Positions 23,960-34,169 of a stretch of 64,000 bases of DNA are shown here, one piece after another. The notes beneath the pieces were generated by a model. That model was not told the origin of the DNA. It did no database searches and saw nothing but the letters and a program-made list of their open reading frames with translations. This stretch comes from Hypanus sabinus (lineage: Eukaryota). The position numbers and the translations under genes were made by a program. Location: positions 13,454,001 to 13,518,000 of the forward strand of contig NC_082730.1 in assembly GCF_030144855.1 (NCBI RefSeq). Direction: 5' to 3'. How positions within the stretch are numbered: position 1 is the stretch's first letter; every line of letters starts with the position of its first letter.

Positions 23960-25059
23960 GTTTCCATGAGCTGTCTTTAAGTTGGTCACTTTATTTAGGT
24001 AATAGTGAAAGAAACCAGTTTCTCATTCTTCCTTAAAAAAATCAATTTATTTCTCAGCTCCCCAGCCATTCCACCACAGGCAATGACCCATACAGGAGTG
24101 TGTTGTAACAACCTCCACTCAGCTGATTGATGCATCTTCAAGAACGTTCCAGTTTCTCAACCATCACATACTAGACATTGTTTAACTTGATTTACATCCA
24201 TCATCCCCACACATTCCCTTCGTGCATGATAGACGCACTGTAACTGCACTCTCCTCAAAGTACCTGAATTTAATCTGTTCAGGGTTCTTCAACTTCCCAT
24301 GTGTTGCTGAAAAATATACCTGAATCTGAGGATCTTCTAGTTCACTGCTCTTGAACTCTGAGCAATAACCCCTTGCACAGAATACCAAGACCATGCAGAG
24401 AAGATATAACCATGAACTACTTTCTTGGAAAGGTAAACTATTTCCACTTCAATCAGAAATAATTATTTCCTTGTCCCCTGATTCCAAAAGAAAGACACCT
24501 TGCCTCCCTGTCCAACTCCAAGTCATTTTCTGAGTGCTTTTCTGGAAAGTGATCAGCTCTGTATACGCAATGCCCCGTCTAACCAATGTACCAAGTAGAA
24601 TTGAGTCTGGACAGGGCATTCAGTTCTGGGAAACTAACAACTAACAATATTTAATTGACCTTTTTGGGATGACAGGCAGCTCCAGCATTAGACAAGGCTA
24701 ACTCAGGCTGCTTCCTGATAGCCTGAAATGACATTGTTTCTGCTCTGGGCTCAGCATCAACATTATCTGATTCCAGCATCTCATAGAAGATTGGCCGGTC
24801 AGTTTTGGGAAGTGCAGCTGATATTGAACAGGCTCTGGGGTCTGGAGAGTCATTGCTGCTATATTGTCCTGATTTTGGTTCTTCAGCTGCAGCCTCACCA
24901 GTGATCCTCCTGGTCATCTGGCTCAACAGTTGTGAAATCACTTATCACCCATTCTATGGAGCTGGAGCTGTCCTGGTGATACAGAGACCTAACACACTGG
25001 TTTCACAGTAAAATTGACACTGTACTAACAAAATTCCAGTCAGAAAGAGATTATCCCTT

Positions 25060-28000
25060 TGTGCTGTCTTTACGACAGTTATTTAGTTTATAATATTTTC
25101 GCTTAGTAATTCATTCAATAGTATTTTCTAGTTAGAATTAGGAGTGTTTAAAGTGTATTCATTGCATGTAAAATATATTGGCATGCGATGACGTCACATC
25201 CGGTTTCGCCGCGTCTTGTGGGAAAACACCGGTTTGAAATTAGCGCGAGGGTGGGGGCTTTCCACGAGGCTCACCTGAGCAGAAGTTGTTTTGCAGGCAT
25301 GAGAAATCACAGTGAGAGCAACGCTGTAAGTTAATAGATAATCGATATATTGAACTAAGATGTTAATGCCGATCCTGTTAGAAGTAACGACGGTAGATAA
25401 TGTTTATGCTTTCGTTAGTTAAAGAGTCGCGGATAGTTTGCATGGAAGTGTATTTAAAGTAGTCAATGGAGCAGGTAAACTCTCCCTGTATACTGCACCT
25501 TAGTGTAATGTAGTTATAGTCACCTTTGCAAGTATTTACAATTGAAATGTGATATTAAGGAAGGAACAAATACTGTATCAATCTTGTATTGTTTTATCAA
25601 CAGTTTTCACCATATGTTAATGTGAAGAGTGAACAGTAAATGGTTAATCTTACTGCGATCTGGTTCTTATTAACTGGTTTATCTCGACGTTAAATTCGAC
25701 GTTATCAGTACACGCGAAGGAGAACATTACAGTGAAAAAGTGGCATTATCAGGTGTTTCAAGTGCTGCAATGTCAGCTCAATCCAGCATCAAGTCGACGC
25801 TGCCCAGCGACAAGGGCAGTAAACCGACATCAAGTAAGCCCACCCAGGCGTTATCAGGTGTTCCAAGTGCTGCAATGTCAGCTCGATCCGGGATCAAGTC
25901 GACGCCGCCCAGCGACAAGGGCAGTAAACCGACATCAAGTAAGCCCACCCAGGCGTTATCAGGTGTTCCAAGTGCTGCAATGTCAGCTCGATCCGGGATC
26001 AAGTCGATGGCGCCCAGCGACAAGGGCAGTAGAACGACATCAAGTAAGTCCACCCAGGCAAGAGCCAAGGCAGAAGCCGCCAAGGTGCGACTGCATTACA
26101 CCAAACAAGAAGCAGTTTTGAAAATGAAACAGGCCACCAGAGAAGCCGAAATCCAGAAAGAAAGGGCCGCCAGAGAAGCCGAAAAGGCTGCCAGACAAAG
26201 AGAAGAGGCCGCCAGAGAAGCCGAAACCCAGTTGGAAATGACAAAAATATCGACAGAGTTGCAAGTGCTGCAGCTAGAAAGAGAAGAAGAAGCTGCCATG
26301 GCGGAAGCGGAGTACATAGAAGAAGCTGAAGGGTCGCGTGATCTGACCGCAGCAAGATCTACTTTAGAAAGGACCAGACTGGAACGCACAAGCGACTATG
26401 TACAATCTCAAATAGACAGGCAGGCTCGTCCCCCCTCTCCATACCTATTCGATAACTTCCCCAGCTACGAGGAACCTCAGAGAGTCACGATTGCATCACA
26501 TCCATACGAGGAAGGAAATTTACCCTCACGGCTCCGTGATGAAGTCAAGAATGAAAGAACCGACAACGCTCCTTCACCCCCACAACAGGACGGCGGGGAG
26601 GGAGAGGTTCACTCCAGGACAACAATTGTCAGCTCGAACTGTACAGAAGTTTGCGGTCAAACTCAGTCAAGCCGTTCTTGTTCCGAGATCTGCCTCACTG
26701 AGGTGTACCCTAAAGAAGCACAACAAGACATTACCAAGTGTAAAGCAACCGATGAGACGCTAGGTCAGTCAGTTTTCGTTCAAACTGAGCACGGAAACAA
26801 ACTTGCACAATCAGCTCAAGATACCATTTCTTTAAGACCCAAAGACACCAAGGTCTTCAGAGATGGAGCAAATAATGGGGTTGCCCCATTGCCTATCAGA
26901 GAACCATGCCAGCGCTCACCAGATAACAAAGAGCAGGCAGTCAAACGGTTCACGTCCTTACGGAAAACCCGGAAAAGGAAACCTGAGATGCAGCAACACA
27001 CCCGATTGGCCCACGAGGTACTGTGCACCCTAATGGCACAGGTCACAGCCATTATAAACGCACAATCATTCCTACCTGTGTCTTCTGACCCAGAAAACCC
27101 CTTTATACTTTCGCCATCAACGCTCCTTACGCAGAAGGCAGGAGCACCTCCTCCACCAGGAGACTTCTCAGACAAGGATTTGTACACAAAGCAATGGAGA
27201 CAAGGCCAGGCTCTGGCAAATCAGTTCTGGCCTCGCTGGAGACAAAAATATCTACCTTTGTTGCAACAGAGACAAAAGTGGACAGGACCCCACAGGAATC
27301 TGGCCAACGGCCAGAATCACTGCTACATTCCCTAGCGGGGATGGACATGTCAGGAAGATCGAATTGAAGACTACCGACCAAGGCGATGTGAAAATTTACC
27401 AAGGGCCAGTTACAGAAGTTATTCTACTTCTACCCAATGACTGATTAAGAGACTAAGTTTTGTACTCTGCTCATTGTGACCTTACGAAGGTCAAGTGGGG
27501 AGTGTGCTGTCTTTACGACAGTTATTTAGTTTATAATATTTTCGCTTAGTAATTCATTCAATAGTATTTTCTAGTTAGAATTAGGAGTGTTTAAAGTGTA
27601 TTCATTGCATGTAAAATATATCGGCATGCGATGACGTCACATCCGGTTTCGCCGCGTCTTGTGGGAAAACACCGGTTTGAAATTAGCGCGAGGGTGGGGG
27701 CTTTCCACGAGGCTCACCTGAGCAGAAGCAGTTTTGCAGGCATGAGAAATCACAGTGAGAGCAACGCTGTAAGTTAATAGATAATCGATATATTGAACTA
27801 AGATGTTAATGCCGATCCTGTTAGAAGTAACGACGGTAGATAATGTTTATGCTTTCGTTAGTTAAAGAGTCGCGGATAGTTTGCATGGAAGTGTATTTAA
27901 AGTAGTCAATGGAGCAGGTAAACTCTCCCTGTATACTGCACCTTAGTGTAATGTAGTTATAGTCACCTTTGCAAGTATTTACACTTGAAATGTGATATTA

Positions 28001-28174
28001 AGGAAGGAACAAATACTGTATCAATCTTGTATTGTTTTATCAACAGTTTTCACCATATGTTAATGTGAAGAGTGAACAGTAAATGGTTAATCTTACTGTG
28101 ATCTGGTTCTTATTAACTGGTTTATCTCGACGTTAAATTCGACGTTATCAGTACACGCGAAGGAGAACGTTACA
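25060..28174 (+). mobile_element. Non-autonomous, internally deleted BEL/Pao element (element 2)
   Basis: 672-bp LTRs at 25060-25731 and 27503-28174 (6 substitutions by eye), perfect 5-bp TSD ccctt (25055-59 / 28175-79), PPT gtcaagtggggag; interior is a mosaic of element-1 segments. Confidence 0.97.
25770..27335 (+). CDS. Mosaic ORF of element 2 (~521 aa from first ATG): Gag N-terminus plus inter-domain linkers plus IN C-terminal part
   Basis: No stops. Aligns to four separated blocks of the element-1 polyprotein joined by three in-frame deletions; a fourth, 53-nt deletion shifts the frame 10 codons before the stop. Confidence 0.7.
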   Translation: MSAQSSIKSTLPSDKGSKPTSSKPTQALSGVPSAAMSARSGIKSTPPSDKGSKPTSSKPTQALSGVPSAAMSARSGIKSMAPSDKGSRTTSSKSTQARAKAEAAKVRLHYTKQEAVLKMKQATREAEIQKERAAREAEKAARQREEAAREAETQLEMTKISTELQVLQLEREEEAAMAEAEYIEEAEGSRDLTAARSTLERTRLERTSDYVQSQIDRQARPPSPYLFDNFPSYEEPQRVTIASHPYEEGNLPSRLRDEVKNERTDNAPSPPQQDGGEGEVHSRTTIVSSNCTEVCGQTQSSRSCSEICLTEVYPKEAQQDITKCKATDETLGQSVFVQTEHGNKLAQSAQDTISLRPKDTKVFRDGANNGVAPLPIREPCQRSPDNKEQAVKRFTSLRKTRKRKPEMQQHTRLAHEVLCTLMAQVTAIINAQSFLPVSSDPENPFILSPSTLLTQKAGAPPPPGDFSDKDLYTKQWRQGQALANQFWPRWRQKYLPLLQQRQKWTGPHRNLANGQNHCYIP

Positions 28175-28924
28175 CCCTTACAATATGGGGCACTTGGCAT
28201 CTCTTGAAGCTCTGAAATGTATGGAAACTTCCAGTTCTGGGCCCCTGATCAACTCTAACTGATACCTTCCATGGCCCAGAACCTGAGCTCTTGGAATTCC
28301 TTCCCTGCAGCTCTCTGGCTCTCTCTTTCATTCTCACTATAAATGCTTGTTAAATCCCACCTGATTGTTTTTGGTCGCATGTGACTCCATGACAAAAATT
28401 GTCAGACAATGTTACTGTGAAGGGACTTCAGTCTTTACCATGACATTCTAGGTGGTACGGAAATGAAATCCATTGTTGTTTGATTACAAATTATTGTTCA
28501 AACTTCACAAAATCCAGTCACTGTATTCACTCCAGATTAATTTGACTAGCATCATTTGCTTTGGTTGCATTGGATTTTACAAAGTATTACAGTCAAAATG
28601 GAAATTAATGCATCATCTTGAGAGCAGCTTGTGAGATTGATCAAAACACACACAAAATGCCTGCAGGAACCTGTCAGGTCAGGCAGCATCAATGGAGGGG
28701 AACGGTCAAATTTCTGGCTGAGAGACTTCATTGATCTCATGCTGAAATATCAACCCTTTATTTCTCTCTGTAGATGCTGCCTGACCTGCTGAGTTCATCC
28801 AGCATTTTGCGAGTGCTACTCTGCATTTCCAGCACCTGAAGAATCCCCTGTGTTCAAGTCAGTTGTTCGGGTGATTTTCTGGATCTTAAGCAGTGTCTGC
28901 AAACACTGCACTGATCTATCCGTG

Positions 28925-29048
28925 GGTTCACAGCATTCTGGAATCTGGTCAATAAGCAATCTACTGGAGGAATACAACGGGTTGAGCTGAATCTGTGGTG
29001 TGAAAATGTGCAGTCGCCATTTTGGGGCGAGACCCTGCATTAGGACCG
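28925..29048 (-). mobile_element. Penelope-type 3' tail remnant (degenerate hammerhead) inside gene B last exon
   Basis: cggtcctaatgcagggtctcgccccaaaatggcgactg..ttcctccag resembles the tail at 34911-35030. Confidence 0.7.
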
Positions 29049-29099
29049 ATCCATCTGTGTTGTGGGTCCTGTTTTTCAGGGCGCTTCGTACCAGCCTGT
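28961..29099 (-). CDS. Gene B cytoplasmic/terminal exon
   Basis: Branch point cccctaac, acceptor ttttctgtttttctag (shared with gene A at 47144); phase 2; RQAGTKRPEKQDPQHRWIGPNAGSRPKMATAHFHTTDSAQPVVFLQ*; no Tyr. Confidence 0.6.
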
Positions 29100-30106
29100 C
29101 TAGAAAAACAGAAAATCCAACGTTAGGGGCTGAGGGATGAGAAGGATCAGCAAAGTTGATGATATTTTTCTTCAGCAAACACTAGTGATAATTTCTTTGT
29201 GTGGGTGCTGGAATAATACAGTAGGGACTCTACAGTGGTGGGTGTTGGTGCTGTGCGGTTCTGGTTGAATGGGGTTGGGTCATTCTGTATCTGACTGGGG
29301 AAACTGAACATATGTGGTAATAGTGTAATGTTGTCTCAGTTGGAGGATGGGTGGAGCAATGAAGGGTTGCGGATAGCTTCCTGCCGTAAGTGAGAGTGAG
29401 TTTCCATTTAGGAGTTAAAAGTTAGCTTTATTTCAGACGGGTACATCAAAACGTGAAAACGTACAGTAAAGTACGCTATTTGTGTCGTCGACCAACACAG
29501 TCTGAGGATGGTGCTGGGGCAGCCCACAAATGTCACTGTTCTTCTGGCGCCAACACATGCCCACACCTCAGCAACCCAAACATGCCCATCTTTGGAAAGG
29601 AGGAGGGAACCAATGTGGTGACAGGGAGAACTTAAATATCCTCACAGCAGTGGGAATTGAACCGGGATCGGTGATCGCTGGTGCTGCAAAATGTTGAATT
29701 AAGCATTATGCTACTGTCTGTCCGTAGTCTATTGTACCAAGGGAGATGCTTGGCCATTGGTGAAGCTAAATTGGGTATAAGTGTAAGTGTGTGAGCGGAG
29801 TCCTCAGTGCATTTGAGGAGTATTTGAGGTGCCTAGTAACCTCTGTGGCCCTGAGAAGCTAAACATAACGTGTAGAGTATGTTAGCTTAAACGTTATTTT
29901 AATGTGTATCCTTTAAAAGTTACTTTCAGTCACTTGAGGCCATTTAACCATTAGTGGATCTCCACTTATATTTCACTCCAATCGTTAGTTTGTAGTTACA
30001 GACGTTTATGTGGCAATCTGAATTAATTAGTAAGGACTAATTTGAAGCTTCCTCTTTTAATTGTGAATCACATGACATGGAAGTGAAGGGATTGGAAACA
30101 ATATAC

Positions 30107-30214
30107 CTTTGAAAGATTGTCATGCAAAATATTGAAACAGTGCAGAGAAGCAGAGCTCCAAAGAGTATCCAACGGGTCGGAGTCCAAACATGATGAATTA
30201 TCGACACATAGTTC
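30107..30214 (-). CDS. Gene B transmembrane exon
   Basis: ttcctcag|G...AAG|gtatat; NYVSIIHHVWTPTRWILFGALLLCTVSIFCMTIFQ; 108 nt, phase 2-2. Confidence 0.9.
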
Positions 30215-31399
30215 CTGAGGAATCAAGAAAATATCGTTAGTTACACACAGAGTAATCAGTAAGTGCCACTGAGAAATGCGCATTATCAGCAATTGATAAA
30301 TACATTTGATTGAAATGGTTCAAAGAGCCAGGGCTCCAAAGGATATTCACCGGATCACAGGTGAATTTTGGTGAATTTGGTGATCATGGTGAATTTTCAA
30401 CTCCCAGTCACTGATGGAGAAAGGAAACATAATTAACAATGTACAGAGAACTCTGTAACAGACGTTGGGAAACACCTTGTCCTCACATTGCGCATGAAAT
30501 CATTCATGATGCAAAGCTGTGGCATGGAGTATCGAGCAGTCTAATGGTTGAGTGGTGAATGTCCATCCCATGCCCACACCTTGGAGATGTTGCACTGCCA
30601 GTGAAAGTGAATGAAACTAATGCTATCATCTCTATGTATATACTTCTATATAGTTAGCAGATACTAGACCTAGTTTCCCCATCACAGTGCATGGCAGAGA
30701 TAAATACAGTCAGCAACTGTGACGCTGGGGCTGAGATTGCTCCAGCTGCTCTGTTTCGTATCTGTGAACTTTGTGGTGATTCGCCCTGGTAATAAGATGA
30801 GCTGATACCTAGGCTTCGAGCTTACTCTGGGGATTTGGATCTAAGGACTCAACTTGGTGCACAATGCTGCTGTTGCTGCTCGCTTCTTTTGTTTGCATGA
30901 TTTGTGGTTTCTTTTCTCTTTTTCTATGGATTGAGGGTTGGTCTTTACTTTTCAAGATCGGATTCTCTTGGATTTCTTGCAGTGTGGCTGCCTGTAAGCA
31001 GACAAATCTCAAGGCTGTATAATCTATGCATTCTTTGATAAGAGTACTTGGAATCTTTGAACTTTAACAGCGATCAGAGTGATTTCATGTTGAATACTGA
31101 TGTACATTTACTGTGTTGTTTTCCCCTCCCTTGAACCTTTTGTGTGCAGACAATCCTGCTGGAGTAAAGCCCACCATGTTGGTGCTCTGCCAGAATTATT
31201 GCTGGACAGCCCCAGGAGAGGAAGATCAAGTTGTAGAGTCTGAGAAGAAAATGCCTGAAGAACAATGTGTTGAAGAGAGGGAATTTCTGCTGTGTACAAT
31301 GAGGTGCAACTAAGGCAAAGAACATGTTAATCATGAAATTGCTGTGATCTTGGGTTGGGTTGTTCACCAAGCCCGGAGGTTAGGTCGCAAAGGTTTCGT

Positions 31400-31860
31400 G
31401 TCCAGTCGAGGTGACAACATCAATAGGCAACTTGGGTGTTTCTGCCGAGTGCTCACAGAAGCACAAAACAAGAAATCAAGAGAATTTTTAGAAGTTTGGT
31501 TCTTAACAGCAGACTCTATTAACAAGCATATTGGACTAGATGCAAATTATAAACCTGTGTGTGTGCGGGATTGGGGTAAGGGAACACCAGAGGAACCACT
31601 GGTCACAATGACTGATCACCAGGGAAAGGGGCCAGCAAGCCAGCAGCCATCACTCAGCCATCTGTTTGGCTGGGACCCAGTGTAGACTAGCGGCCAGCGT
31701 GACAGCCAACCAATCAGGACACTGAGCCGGACCAATACTAACGCGAGCACGCGGCAGAAACTGCGCTCAATTGCACACTGATGATGTCACCTCGACTGCT
31801 GTTGAAACGGTTGTGGCCTAACTGCCAGGCTCAGCGAACAGCTCTACAAACAAGCAGCCA
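31400..31860 (+). mobile_element. Second Penelope-like family 3' end with degenerate hammerhead-like motif
   Basis: KKSREFLEVWFLTADSINKHIGLD resembles PLE GIY-YIG C-termini; caca-ctgatga...gaaac-ggt-tgtg at 31774-31815. Confidence 0.6.
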
Positions 31861-32028
31861 AGCTGAGCTACAGTCTACTCTCTGCTTTCAAGTCACTGCG
31901 ATCACTGGAACAATTGCTGACAGTGCTCATCTTGAGCTGTTCTGAGAGTACTGCAACCCGAGTTGTCCCATGAAATGGCTGACCTGATCTGAATCAACGA
32001 AACAGAAGTCTCAGTGGATCTTTCTAAC

Positions 32029-32128
32029 CTGGTGTGATTTCCAATCTGAGATGAGGCGGTCCCCATGGTCGCAGTAGTAGTTTCCATGGTGCTTGTCTCC
32101 TTTTCTGGGGGTAAAGTAGACAAAATAC
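32029..32128 (-). CDS. Gene B Ser/Thr-rich stalk exon
   Basis: tattcag|GT...AG|gttaga; 100 nt, phase 1-2, linking Ig to TM in frame; GILSTLPPEKETSTMETTTATMGTASSQIGNHTR. Confidence 0.85.
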
Positions 32129-33566
32129 CTGAATATTGAATGTCTGAGAGAAGCTTCTATCCCGTCTCCATGAAGTGTGGGCAGTGCCCCGGTCAGGTCA
32201 CTTGCTCTGTGCTTGAAGGTCCTTGGTTCAAATCTTACTACAGATGTTCATTGTGGTTGCCTCCTGACGAGGCCATTTTCATGCAGGCTAAGCTCCGTGA
32301 GCTCTCGAACATTCCCCAGCTTCTATCATGAGCCTCGGTCTGGTTAGACCCCGCCAATGGAAGCATGGTTGTGTGACTTGCAGCTGTGTCTGACCTAGGG
32401 AGGGTGAGGTGATCAAGGGGTTGTGGCTGATAGGACAGAGTGCAAGAGACCTGGCAACATTCCTTTCAATTTGGAGAGTTTACTTCTTGTGTAAGTCCTG
32501 TGCTTGTGTTGCCTTCAGTTATTAGAGAAATAAGGTGACGATAAATTCATGATTTTTGGGGATGCTCCCCAGAGGTTCCTGAAGTAGGGGCACTCTCTGA
32601 GAGATTCTTCGGCCATTCTTTGTCCCTGGTCATAGAATGTCACTGAGAGTGTCCCAAATTCAGGAAAATCTCTGGTGCAGAAAGGACCACATCTCACCTC
32701 TTCACCTAAGGATGCTCACTGCAGTGTCATTACCTTGCCCCTGTGGCTGGAGTCTTGGAGCTGGTCACCAATCCAGATCCCACTGACACAGCATTCCTGT
32801 GTTGAACTAAGGTGAGGGGTGAAGGTAGAGGGGCCCTGAGCCCGATCTGTCCACTGCTGGTACAGGGAACAGGCCTGACCTCCTACTCCCACTGCTAGGA
32901 AGCTGGAGATCTAGGAGGGGAGTGCAGGGATGAAATGGGGGTTGGGTGAAGTGGCTCAAAGAAAGAGGCTGAGAGAAGAGAGGGGTTGATCAGTTCACAG
33001 AAGAGGGATAAAGGGCAATAAGAAAAGGACATTTGAAGGTGCTAATGGGGTATCTCCATCTACTATTAACTCTATAGATGCTGACTGACCTATTGAGAAT
33101 TTCCCTTTTGTGTGGCTCAGTGGAAAGATCAGACAGTCGTTTTTGCTCAGGGGAAATGATTGGTAAAATTGGCAGAACTGGATCAAGGCGAAGCAATGGA
33201 ATCACCACCATGCGTGAGTGGTGAATGTGAGCCTGGTGGGCAGGGGAAGGGGGTGGGTCTGGTTCCTCTCCTCCTGCTTCAGTGAGACTCAGCACACCGT
33301 CTGATCTCAGAACAGCAGTCTTTGGGAAGACGTCTTATCAACAGCTGAAAAGCTGGCCCCCGGCATCTTCCTGTCGGGTCACTGTTTATCAGTTCATTCA
33401 TACTCCCCCCGCAAAGGTGGAGCTCTTGTTTTATCCTTATGGGCTGCACCCCTGCAAATGAGTTCCCATCTCTTTAATGGTAGTGAGTCACAGTCAGAGC
33501 TGAGGGAGGGAATTCCTGAGCTGCGATTTTCTAATATGGAAGCTTGAAGAGAAATTGTAAACGTAC

Positions 33567-33890
33567 CTTCAGAAACTTCCAGTGAAATGATAAACCTTTT
33601 ATTCCGTATGTATATTACCCTCTCCATTAAACACTGATACATCCCTTCATCACTCTTCATTAGATTGTCCACGGTTACTGAAAGAATCCCTCGTATTTTG
33701 TTATCAGTCATCGATATTCGTCCACTTCGTGGCTGGCCAGTCGAAACCACAGTGGAACAACCAATGTAAGGATCACCTCTACACCATTTCTTCACGTAGT
33801 CCTTGTATTTCAGATCATACTGACATTCCATAGTGACTGATTCTCCCACTACTCCTCTAATCTTCTCAGTTCCAGTTAATGCATCTGAGA
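33567..33890 (-). CDS. Gene B V-set Ig domain 3
   Basis: 324 nt, phase 1-1; VTMECQY..KKWCRGDPYIGC..SDEGMYQC; extra C-C' cysteine pair typical of the CD300/pIgR/TREM family. Confidence 0.92.
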
Positions 33891-34169
33891 CTGTTGGCAC
33901 ATGAATAATGGAAGTTACCCAAACATCATCAGCATGAGGTACATTTAGCAATATATACTCATCTTATTAACCATTTAGACAATCTCATGAGTTTGCGGTG
34001 ATCATGTTCCTCTTTAATATTTTATCCCTGGTGTTATTCCTCATTTCACCGAGTTGTTCCTCAAGTTACAGTAAAAACTATAATGGGTGGTCAGGCATTT
34101 CCAACGTGTGTGTCTGTGGTTTTTTTTTATAGTGAACAGGCTGTGAACTCTGGAGAAATGATCCCCGCT

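Noticed and set aside
25740-26060. 105-bp direct repeats resembling a CRISPR-like array
   Set aside because: No unique spacers; they are in-frame coding repeats of the Gag N-terminus in a eukaryotic retroelement.
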